Assembly (NCBI RefSeq): GCF_963676685.1
Contig: NC_092347.1
Coordinates: forward strand, 41,416,001 to 41,480,000
Length of the DNA: 64,000 nucleotides
DNA from: Mytilus edulis
Lineage: Eukaryota
Direction: 5' to 3'
Positions 53,301 to 64,000 of the stretch are shown piece by piece. How positions within the stretch are numbered: the stretch's first letter is position 1; each line of letters begins with the position of its first letter. A program made the position numbers and the translations under genes. The notes under the pieces were generated by a model. It saw only the letters and a program-made list of their open reading frames with translations. It was not told the origin of the DNA and ran no database searches.

Positions 53301-56300
53301 TGGTTTATGGTTAGTTTTGTGCTGTTCAATCTTTATTGTTACTGTGAGTTGTTTTGAAAGACTTTTTGTTTTGTATTTTCGATCTTTTTTGGTATTGCTG
53401 TTTCTATATCTTCAGCTTTTTGTTAATGACAATACAATTCCAAAGGAAACACATTATCACATCAAATATGTTTAACAGGAGAAGTACAAATCTTAAATAG
53501 ATTTGCATTTGAAAATTATGCTCGTGCTTCATTAAACCTCATCCCTTTTTGGACTTTATCTCGATGACTATTTTCGTAATTAGAAAACTTCAGTCTTATT
53601 AAATAAGAACAATTTGTCACAAATAAAACTAAAAATAAAGAAAAAATCATATAAACCTCTAACTCCTCATTATTATCATACTTAAAGTTGTTTGTCATCG
53701 ACTATGACCTGCAAAATGGTCATACAAAACTCGTCAAATTGGTCATTAGACCTGTTGAACGTTAGAGTTCAGTATGTCCATTTGCTAGGGCTGTTGTGAG
53801 CTATTCTGATGTATGTTTTATGTATGTATATCCCTTGTTTCATTTATCATACGAAATATCTACTGTAGGCGAGGTGGTAAAGGTTAATGTTAATGCAAGG
53901 GAACTTACCATACGATATCAAGAATTACCAGAGAAAGAAGCTCAGTTCAGAAAGATAGCGGAAAGTAGCAGTTATCTTCAAGGTATTTTTTTATTCTTTT
54001 ATCTAAAATGCAACATCATATTTATTAAACACAAATCGTTTAGGAATATTCTGTTTACGTTGTTCGTCAGGTTATTTTAAGTAGTGGAAAAACATAATTT
54101 AGCAATCTTTATTTAAGAATGACATTTTTAGAAGAACTAAAGTGGCGCTTTGTCAAACTCACCTTTATGACAAGTCTATTAGTGAATTCAAAATATTGGT
54201 GTTGTCGAAATAAAACATCAATAAAATGATAAAAAAGCGACAAAAAGAAATACATTGCAATATAATGTTGAAAGAGCTTTTTTTTTTTTTTTATCTTTAT
54301 GGGTTGGAACATTCACATTGCTAATTCCATTCTAAAATGAACATAACACAAGAATTGTAGGCATCCGAAGCGTTTATCTGTATTTATTTTGTTTAGATTG
54401 GTTTTGATTTCTGGACACCTTTTTGCATAAAAAAAAACGTCAATGTTTTCATCTCTTATTAGTTAAATATTATAAACACATTTCAAGACATTTATATTTC
54501 ATCTTAATTGAAGTATTTGTATAGCCTCAAACATCAGTTGATTTATAGGATTCAATGTGTTGTTTTAATATATATTTAAATAATACAGTCATTTCTTATA
54601 ACTTAATTCTTAGTTCCATTTTAAACCGGAGTAAATCATGAAAAAATGTTGATGACGTCACGGTCACAAGACACAATTATGTCTATGAGCTGATGAACAA
54701 AACGACGTCAGCCAATCAGAAGACGCTTTACATCCAAAATTAAGTTATTCTTTGACACTCGTAATAAACGTTGCTTAACAATGTTTTGCAGAAGAAAATG
54801 CTGAACTTCTGGAGCAAATAAAAGTAGCTAATCGTTTGCAGTCAGTAGTTACAAATCTCAGAGAACAAAACGAATCATATTTCAAGGATAAGGAATCATT
54901 CCGAGGTATATTATATTTATAATAATTATAAGGAAAAAAAACTAACAAAAATGTTTCTCCTTTGTTTGTCATTGATGGAAATTTGTTTGCTTCACCATTG
55001 TTGTTGGGTAAAACAAAACTCAATGCCACCTGATGATACAAAACATAGTATGTATATATTGATGAACAGAAACAGTTATAAAAAATATTTAAATCTGCAT
55101 TGTCGACTATCATAGGAACATATTTTGGATTATTGGGGAAGTCAAGAATATGAAAGTTGTTTTCAATTAGTTTGATGTGTGTGAGCTTTTCATTTTTTCC
55201 ATTTGTTAAGGTATTTTCCGTTTTGAATGTCCCTTATTTTTGTTATTCTACGTTAAACTTATATAAATATTATTCACAATATTAAGTATTTTTGCAGTTT
55301 TGAATTAAGTCCACGTAGGTTTGACAAAATTTTGAATATATATATTGATACTAATACATGAATATAGCGAACTGTGTTGAAAAACCTATTCTGTAAGACA
55401 TTGTACTTTCGACTTCGAAGGCCAAATACTTATCAATGCATTTTTTTTCCAATAGTTTAAAATCATCACTTTTCGCAGTGCAGTGGTGATCTGTTTTCAA
55501 CTTTATGCCAAAATAAGCTACTATACATTGCATTACAGACATTGGTTCATTTATATGTTTCTGAGTTTAGTGTGACGTCCATAATCGCTTAACTAGAACA
55601 ATTTTTTGTTGAAAGGCACACTGACGCCTGCCTACTTTTGCGGGATATTCTTGTTGTGTTGCAGACCCATTGGTGGCTTTTGGGATGTTTTCTGCTTTTT
55701 GGTCGGATTGTTGTCTCTTTAACACAGTCCCCGTTTCCATTCTCAATCTAATTATTATCTTGTTTCTCGTTTTGTTCATTATTTATCCACATTTTACAAA
55801 GTAAATGCTATTTTATCAAAAGTTGTGCATCATGAAAGGTAAGGTTAAACTTACTGCTGTGCTTGGTCTGCTGATGTCAGTGTTTTATATCCTCTGTAAC
55901 CTAAGTTGATAGCCATTGTAGAAGATCCTTGAAATTTGAATCGAGTTATCCTAAATTTAAAGGTCATGAGAAGTGTTTCAGTTTCGATCCAGCTAAATGT
56001 ATGACAAATTAATAAATGTTATCATAATTATAAATTGTTGTCAAACTGCTGATGTTTCAGAAAGAAATAAAGTTATGGAGGAAAAATACAGAGAAATATT
56101 ACAACAGTATGGTCAACAAATGGAAGAATCTCAAACTTTTATGGGACAAAAAGCCAGTTTAAAAACACAACTTAAACAGAAGAGTGGTAAATAAATATTT
56201 GCTATAATTTGTATAAGTCCTGTCATGTAATGTTGTCATTTTAGTGTTATATTTATTATTGCCATACAAGCGGGAGGTTTGGCAATTTAGTATCGAATAA

Positions 56301-59300
56301 AATTGGTAATCATTGTATGTAGTTATGTTTCCTTTAATATTAAAGCTTAAATTACTGTACGTATGTACATAAAAACTCGTAAAAATTTGCTCGATTGTAA
56401 TTTAATTAGTCTTTGATGAGTTTGAGCATAAATTGAGTCGATGCCACTACTGGTTGACGTTTCGTTACCAAAAGTTGACAAGCCAAAAAAATCAGCACTT
56501 TTGTGCTTACATGAAATACCACTGATATCAGAGTATGTTCATTTTCTGTGACTTTAATATTTATGAAATGATGAAGTATGTAAAACTCTAAGATATATTT
56601 ACCCGAAGGTAAAGATTGCATCAGCTGTATTTTGGCACAACTTGTTGGTGATTACTACTTAGTTACTTCGTAATAATTGAATTAATTTTGCAACGAATGA
56701 GTTGTCTGGCGTAACATATAAAAGCCTGGTATTTCGTTACATCCTTACATGTATAACTGGCAGTCGATCTGGAACTACCGAAAGGCTTATTACGTTGCTA
56801 ATTTAAGAAGAATAACTTAAAACTTAAAGTCCTTAAAGACGTGTTAAATCCAAAAATTGTCATCTATAATATCTAGTGAAGAAAAACATTATTGTTTAAA
56901 CATGTTAAAGTAAGTTTCAACTTGTACAGATTTATTAACTTTTACTCTGTCACTCAGTGATATTTCATGTTAACACACACTTAATGATCATTGGGCTGTT
57001 GGTATAACGAAGAAATTGAGAATAGGAAAATGCATCGATCGATCGTTCGTACAGTACAGTTATTTAAAATGATTGACTTAGTCGTTTACAATTATTTATC
57101 AGGTGTGTCTATTTGAATACCCCTTGTCTATTGTAGATGAAGTAAACGCTTTGAACAACAAACTTAAAGAATTTTTTGGTAAGTACATTTACCGACACTG
57201 GCTGATGGTTTTATTGTTTATTATTCATTTGTTTCTTTTTAAGATTCATATAGACAAAAATGTGTCGTAGACAGTTCAGTATACATTCCGTGCAAACTAC
57301 GATCCCGGGTTTTTTTATGCATTTTTTGTTTCTGTTCAGGACTTTTTAATGACAGTTAGTGTTTTAAATAAATTTCTATTTGTACGGAGCACCAATGTTG
57401 GCGCCACTAGCGACACAAAACGGCTTACTTTTCCGTAGAAAGATTTGTATAGCTCAATCTTACAGAGTAGATAAGATAAGGAGAATTACAGGATTTATCA
57501 AAACTATTTTACCAGAAACACACCAACGCCCGACTCCTCTGGTAAAACCAAGACGAACAAACTAAGATCAATAACAACGAGCAATATATGATATAATTAG
57601 CCTCACTTGATCATTCAAGATGTCAACTATGAACTGCTGTCAAGAGCGAGGTTTAGCTAGCTATATAACTAGCATTAACTCACCATTTTCTTCGGAAAAT
57701 GCCTGTTCCAAGTCAGGAATATACTGTTTGTTTTTGCTTGTTCCGTATGTTGATAGCGTTTGATTTTGTCAATTTGAGGACTTCCCCTTTTTTGTATTTG
57801 CCTTTGGAGCTCGATATTTGTGTCGTATTTGTGATATAGTCACGGAATGTTTACTCTTAAATGTTTTATGAACTAAACTATTTAAGATTTCTGTTGATTT
57901 ATTTAATAGGGAAAGTGCAATCTCTGGAAACAGCTTTAGTAGAGTCTCATAGGGAATTATGGGAAGCAAGAGCTCATGTTAGTCCACAAACAGGTAGGCT
58001 TGCAATATTTTTATATATGGAAATATAATTTCTAATTATTTAAAATCATAGTCAAATCGACATTTTAAGTCTGTTGTCTGAATGAGTTTTATCAGTTATC
58101 TTTCGTTACCATAACGATATGTCATATGATTCATTAACGAAAGAGTATATTTATAGTTTTGATCGTTTTACAAAGTGTCAGCTGAGACTTATAACAGAGA
58201 CTTAGCTGATAGGTTTTTAAAAAAACAAAATCGACTAACGAAAGTATCATTCCACTTTTGATATGTTTGCTACTCTCGTTTTTATACGCCCGTCAAAATT
58301 TTGACGAGACGTATTATGGTATACAAATGTCCGGTGTCCGTCCGTCCGTCCGTCCGTCTGTCTGTCCGGCGTGAACATTTCGCACCGTAACTTGAGAATG
58401 ACTTATCTAAATTTCATGAAACTTAATATAGTTGTTCTTTATAATGGTCAAATGATCTGTATACTTTTTGGTGAAAATAAGATTTAAACTTTTTGAGTTA
58501 CGGCACTTTGTAACTAAAACAGGGGTGTGTTTTTTTTCACATGTTGCACCGTATCTCAAAAACGATTCTTGATTATTGCTTAAAACTTTACACACTTCTT
58601 AGTTATATTAATCTTAATATCTGTATACTTTTTGGTGATGATTCAAAATTTCATTTTTGAGTTATTGAGTATTTTGTAAAAAAGGGGGAGGGTTTTTTAC
58701 ATGTCGCGCCGTATCTCAAAAACGATTTATGACTATGGCTTAAAACTGTACACACTTCTTTGTTATATTAATCTAAAGATCTGTATACTTTTTGGTGATG
58801 ATTCAAAATTTCATTTTTGAGTTATTGAGTATTTTGTAAAAAAGGGGGAGGGGGTTTTTAAATGTCGTGCCGCATCTCAAAAACGATTTATGATTATTGC
58901 TTAAAACTTTACACACTTCTTTTTTATATTAATCTAAAGATCTGTATACTTTTTGGTGATGACTCAAAATTTCATTTTTGAGTTCTTGAGTATTTTGTAA
59001 AAAAGGGGAGGGTTTTTTTTACATGTTGCGCCGTATCTCAAAAACAATTTATGATTATTGCTTGAAACTGTACACACTTCTTTGTTATATTAATCTAAAG
59101 ATCTGTATACTTTTTGGTTTGATTCAAAATTTTATTTTAGTGATATTTGTAAAAAAAAAAAAAACAGGGTGGGGGGGGGGGGGGGGTTTCACATGTCCCG
59201 CCGTGTCTCAAAAGCAATAAATGGTAATTTCTTAAAACTTTCTCAGAAACTATTTATGATTATTGCATAAAACGTCCACACAAGACGTCGGGCGTATCAT

Positions 59301-62300
59301 GCGCTCATGGCGCAGCTGTTTATTGACTTTCGTAGTGCCATTAAAATGTCGCCCACCAACCCGTACTTTTTTCAAAAACTAGGACACGGCCCTATCATTT
59401 TTATATACTGTCAATTCATTAGTTTTTAAAACAAATGCTAATTATTAAACAAAGGAGCGAACATACTTAAGCACATATAATAAAGTTCCTTGTAGAGTAC
59501 TTAACAGGTACTGAATGAATTACCTTGTGACAATTATGGCAGATACGTATTTAAAAAAGGGCCATGTTAGAAATATTTTTACCGGTATTAAAATGTAATT
59601 CAAGTGCTTTTCAATCAATTAATTTGATCTTGACCCTGTACTTAAAATAGATCTAAAATTGAATAGAAGTAAAGAGAATAATCTTTTTAGGTCTTCATGT
59701 CTTTGAAAAGCAAAAATTGTGAATAACTAGTTAAACCGTTTATGCATTTATTATATTTGTAATTTGAATAATGTCTTATTTTTTTTCCACAATATTTGCA
59801 CAACACAATATTTGTACTTGTGGCAAATGAAAATAACGAAAAGAACCACAAATACTAAAATAAATGACTATCTTGCAGACATGTAAAGGAAAGTATGTCC
59901 TTTTTTAAGGATGACGTTATACATCTGCTTTACATTGCAACGACCAAAGTACGACCCCTCAAAATTGTATCATCTAAAATGGTGTGTATAAAATGTTTAA
60001 GATTCCTTAAACGTTGACACTCTATAACCATTATTATGTGTTCATGCTACAAGATCTCTTGTGAAATCTTAAATATCACCCTGCCATATTTTGCGTTTGC
60101 CTGTCCCAAGTCACAAGCCTATTATTCAGTGGTTGTTGTTTGCTGCTGTATTACATATATCTTTTTCATTGATTTGTTTGTACACATTGGGAAACATACC
60201 AAATCTTCTTTATTATATGTAAGTACCAGACGGATATTCAGAGTATAGTGTGATGCAAACATTGCATGTATTTATAACGATCTATTTGAAAGTTTGTGTT
60301 AAGATTTGAAATTTCAAATATTTTAGGCCTGAATCCTGAAGTAAGTGATCGAAATGAAGATCGTTTGTGCTAATACTAATACCGTTATTATAATATTAAC
60401 GTTTTATTATTTTCATATATACATTTTTCATCTTTAGAAATGGACAGAAAATTACTATTTGTATTATATATGAATAAGCACCAACTGCATTTGAAGTTTG
60501 GGGATATTTTCATTTCATTAAATATGATTGTTTTATATATAGTACTCAACAAGCTCAACACACTTTACATACATGTATAACATAGATATTTTTTTTAGTT
60601 TTACAAAAATATGTTTTACATTCAACAAAGCTATGTTTTATATTTAACAAAACTATATTTTACATTACAGTAACCGACAACTTTGGTATCTTTGGAAATT
60701 CGAACGCAAATTTATACAATAGAATAATACCACAAAATGATTCAGGTAGAGTTATAATAAGATGTATTATAAACTATGACGAAATGAGTTCTCTGATTAA
60801 TGTTTTACTGAGGAGTCATTTTTCAAAATGTCTTTAAATTTTATTATTTACTTATATTCCTTATAGTTGTAACATCATTAGTCTTCAACATCATGGTATT
60901 GCAATTATTAGCATATTGATATATTTGGGAATACCCATAAAACTTTAGGAATTTTATTTATCATCATATATATATATAATTAAAAGGGATCTGGTTTCAA
61001 CATAAAATTACATAAACAATTTGTGAAACAAATTTATAGTTACTGGTCATATCTATTACAATGTACTATATTCACATTTACTTATTGATTGGTTGATTTT
61101 TAACGCCACTGTAAGCACTTGACTATAATCTTGACTTTCAGTTTTAATTGATGGGGAACGCCTGTGAGAACCATCGACCTTCGACAATCTTAGAAATAAC
61201 AACGAGCAGCCATCAAATTAACTTTTTTGTAAAGACAAAAGAAAACATATTTTTAGAAGAAATCGATTGGAAACAATAGTACTAGTAGTTGGAAAAAGAT
61301 AATTTAAAATTTTCTAAACTATGAATTACAGATTTTGAAACTTTATATCTTACCATAAACTTGAGAGAGTGTGTCAGTGGACGATTTATAAACAGTTTAG
61401 CAATAGTCAGTAGCATAATTTTGATAGTCATGCTAATGTATAATATAAAATAATAATATCTTTCTGCACCAATTATAAGATAGAAATTTTTGTTGTTCTT
61501 ATTTATAGGATATGTAGAGAATTCCCCTAGTCATTCCCGATCAATGGAAGGAAAAAGGAACAATAATGGTAGGTATGAGTTTTCAAACTTTCTAAAGTAT
61601 TAAACTGGAAAACAAAATCGAATTACATATTGTAATGTTTTTCTAGAAAAATGTGATAATTGTGATAGTTTCCTGAACTAAACATTAAGAAACACCTTCA
61701 CAAGAGAAATACACTGTCATAAAAGTTTAAATTTATTTAGAAGTAGGTATTTTTTTATTATCTCTATATTCAATGCGGTTCTTTTCATAAAACGAATTAC
61801 GACAGAAACCGATCGTAACTTTTACTGATAAATAACTTGCGTGTAATTTTGTCTGAAAAATTTTGCTTGAAATGAGTCGTATTCAATGCTAGTGAAAACA
61901 ATCAAAATATCGTTCACTTCGAAAGGATGTATATAAAAAAAAATGTCTTCATTGAATGTCAAGCTTAAAGATACCCTTAATTCAGAAAGATCTTCAAAAA
62001 ACAACCTCAAGGGAAAATTAATAAAGAGTTATTTTCATGTACGTACACGTACTGAGTCGTTGGCACTGCTGGTGTACTGTATTTTCCGAGAATATCACCT
62101 GTTCAATAATCATAGCTTCTGCACTTGTATGTTTTATAGCAGCTATAGTTCTACAATTCTTTGTTGAGAAATATCTTTTTTTTTCCAAAAGAGACGTTTA
62201 CCTTACTTACATTATGTTTGTTCGTATTTATACCCCTGACTTTCAAATTTAGGTATGGGTGATCCTGATGAATCAAAATCCCCCAAAAATGCACTTTTTA

Positions 62301-62323
62301 CGCATGCAAATAATAATTTGTAA
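41334..62323 (+). CDS. Multi-exon long coiled-coil protein of unknown family, ~489 aa
   Basis: Exons read by hand: 41334-41388, 42085-42174, 44412-44495, 45764-45877, 46195-46266 (GC donor), 46850-46924, 48437-48520, 49158-49274, 51854-51928, 52979-53071, 53869-53982, 54792-54905, 56061-56186, 57137-57178, 57910-57993, 61509-61568, 62253-62323 (TAA). All have AG acceptors and phase-1 donors and join into one open frame rich in E/K/Q/L heptads. An acceptor at 41300 suggests an upstream UTR exon. The last two exons are less certain. Confidence 0.85.
42261..42469. mobile_element. Tc1/mariner-type MITE, TA TSD
   Basis: TA|CTGTGGATTCATT...AATGAATCCGCTG|TA. Confidence 0.75.
43560..43660 (-). mobile_element. 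tRNA-like SINE head with A and B boxes
   Basis: Minus strand TAGCTGGTCGAGTGGTCTAG...GAGTTCGAATCCCGGCCAGG. The SINE body continues to ~43440. Confidence 0.7.
44967..45041. mobile_element. 75-bp hairpin insertion with 10-bp TSD (Mutator-like mini-MITE)
   Basis: CAATCG...CGATTG flanked by TGGAACTATT on both sides. Confidence 0.75.
46450..46605 (+). repeat. Degenerate retrozyme fragment in intron 5
   Basis: gcgtca-ctaatga-gtatttcgtagat-gagac...gcgcgt, plus flanks similar to the unit. Confidence 0.65.
47411..47530 (+). repeat. 38-bp tandem repeat x3
   Basis: ACTTCTTTTAAATTGAGTTTTATTGTGCGTATTGCTGTGT-like units sharing their ends. Confidence 0.8.
50214..50257 (+). ncRNA. Type I hammerhead ribozyme, copy 1 (cleavage after C50251)
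   Basis: Core CUGAUGA (50220-26), stem II GUCU/AGAC, GAAA (50240-43), palindromic short stem III ACGCGCGU, GUC triplet, stem I GCGUCA/UGGCGU. Confidence 0.92.
50569..50612 (+). ncRNA. Type I hammerhead ribozyme, copy 2 (cleavage after C50606)
   Basis: Identical to copy 1. Confidence 0.92.
50924..50967 (+). ncRNA. Type I hammerhead ribozyme, copy 3 (cleavage after C50961)
   Basis: Identical to copy 1. Confidence 0.92.
51520..51700. mobile_element. Helentron/HINE-like fragment ending in a (GAC)n microsatellite
   Basis: ...GGCCAAGTTTG...AATTTGGTTTAGTAGTTTC...TTTTTGTAAAAGTTAACG followed by (GAC)n GACGGACGCC. Confidence 0.5.
56405..56730 (+). repeat. Degenerate retrozyme-derived monomer in intron 13
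   Basis: gagtcgatgccactactggttgacgtttcg...tcagcactt...ttggcacaact...gtctggcgta is colinear with the unit. The ribozyme core is lost. Confidence 0.65.
58280..59320. mobile_element. Complete Helentron-associated (DINE-1/HINE-like) element carrying ~5 x 161-bp tandem repeats
   Basis: 5' ATACGCCCG with adjacent hairpin, (GTCC)n microsatellite, units at 58457/58621/58781/58942/59103, 3' CGGGCGTAT and terminal palindrome TGCGC-tcatg-GCGCA, T-rich flanks. Confidence 0.85.
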
Positions 62324-62391
62324 TTTTTATTGCTGATTAAGGAGTTGTAGCACAATCTGTAGTTTAATGATTTGATAACAAAAAAGCATAC

Positions 62392-62397
62392 AATAAA
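62392..62397 (+). promoter_or_regulatory. Putative polyadenylation signal of the coiled-coil gene
   Basis: AATAAA ~70 nt after the predicted stop at 62323. Confidence 0.4.
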
Positions 62398-62620
62398 CAT
62401 GTATAATGTAAAGCATAAAGTACAAAATCAAATGTTATTCAGCAGGTATCATCTGAATGTAGTATTTGAACTAAGGATACCGATTCCATTGCAGGCCTTA
62501 TAACTTGGATATAAAAAAAGTAAAACAAATATATCAAACTCAAAGGCAAAATTTCAGAAGGGGAAGTCTGCAAAATCTTGCAAATTGGTCTTCCACGATG
62601 TACATTTTGGGAAGAAACAT

Positions 62621-62818
62621 ACCGTATAGTGGTTTATTTTCGCGATTTTCATTGAATAAAGTAAACGATATATTTTGGCAGTTATCATTTTAGCGGAATC
62701 AAAGCTTTCATAATATCTTTGCATGTACACTTTTAAATTGGCGGAATTTATTTTTGCGATTCTGTTCTATCCTCGAAAATAAGCGAAAATTTACACTGCA
62801 AAAATAACCCGCTGTACG
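62621..62818. mobile_element. Decayed TA-flanked MITE
   Basis: CCGTATAGTGGTTTATTTT...AAAATAACCCGCTGTACG imperfect TIR. Confidence 0.55.
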
Positions 62819-64000
62819 TAAATATTATTTAATGGGATGACAGTAATAAGATGAAGCCAAATAAAAGTCGATTACATAGTTCAAGTTATTTCGAGGTGTA
62901 TTCAACTATAATAGTAATACTTGAATTACCAATGTGCTTTTTACTGATCGGGCGGAGCTTACGTTTCAATTTGCATAAGGACAGTCTATTCGAAGATGTG
63001 TGTGATAAGAATGATTGCCGTTGTAATTATCATTGATTCCTAATCACCTATCAGTGTCACCAAAACATTATATACTAACGACATATGCAGATTTTGAAAC
63101 TTCTGTTATAATTTTACTTTCATATCCATATATTCAAAAATGTAACAATTTTTGAATGTGTTTAAATTCCACTTTACAAGACAATAGACGGTTTTCTCAT
63201 TATTTATTATGCGCGGATACACATATAGTGTAAACATATGTTAACCCGATCAATGACCACAACTGGACTCAACGTTGATGAGTTTATCCAAAAAACACCT
63301 TGCTGTAGATGAACTGGTCTATAATGAGCGTTCGTATTAATCTCTGCCAAGTCAAATAAAATAAATCAAGTAATACAAAGTAAGGAAATACAATTAGATT
63401 GATTCATTTATATATTAAGTGGAAACCGAGTCTAAGTGAACAGAAACTTGCATAGATGTCTGTTTATGTTATGTCTTAGTTTACTGTTACACAATGAGGA
63501 ACCAACAGATGATATGTTTAAATGGAAATAACAGAACATTGTTAAATTTCTACAGCTCTGTACAGAACGACTCTTAAATCCAAAACTGTTATATTGCATA
63601 GCTAAACTGTTAATTTTAATTGCAGGTTCACTTTGAGATTTGCTAGTTTTATGATTGATTCGGGTCCAAGATTATGAACGTTTTACACTAATGTAACATA
63701 TAAAAATGGTACTTTTTTTTAATTATGTACTACTTAAAAATAAAATCATACTTTAAACATGTATAAGTATTTATTTATTGTTTTGACGTCGTACTTCTTT
63801 TTTTTCAAAGTGTAAAACTAATCGGAAATTTTTTAGGTACAAATGAATGTAAAATAATGTCGAATTCAAACTCATATATCGAAAATAAACTGACAACGCC
63901 ATGGCTTTAAATGAAACGACAAAATATTACAATAACAAAAGACAAAAGACAAAGCAACAGGAATCTAACTGAAAATGGGGTGATCCAAGGTGATCCGTTA

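Noticed and set aside
61943-62167. ORF MSSLNVKLKDTLNSE as an exon of the coiled-coil gene
   Set aside because: No polypyrimidine/AG acceptor or suitable donor was found.

Overview
AT-rich animal genomic DNA, most likely a mytilid bivalve (Mytilus-like), judged from the repeat families and the C1q gene. There are two spliced genes. One is a 2-exon secreted coiled-coil + C1q-domain gene on the minus strand (8578-6231, 237 aa). The other is a ~17-exon coiled-coil gene on the plus strand (41334-62323, ~489 aa) in which every intron is phase 1 and one is GC-AG. The most striking element is a 3.1 x 355-bp tandem array in intron 8 of the second gene (49894-51005). Each unit carries an intact type I hammerhead ribozyme in sense orientation (a non-LTR retrozyme), the array starts essentially at the self-cleavage site, and each unit also has a degenerate hammerhead-like motif on the opposite strand. 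The rest is a dense transposon landscape: a decayed Ngaro/PAT-type tyrosine-recombinase retroelement sitting exactly between two copies of a 3.3-kb duplication, a 5.3-kb foldback element, two near-identical 1326-bp DNA transposons with different 5-bp TSDs, Harbinger/hAT/CACTA/Kolobok/Mariner-like MITEs, Helentron-like elements, SINEs and a LINE 3' fragment. Nearly all short ORFs in the supplied track are spurious. All coordinates and alignments were read by eye.
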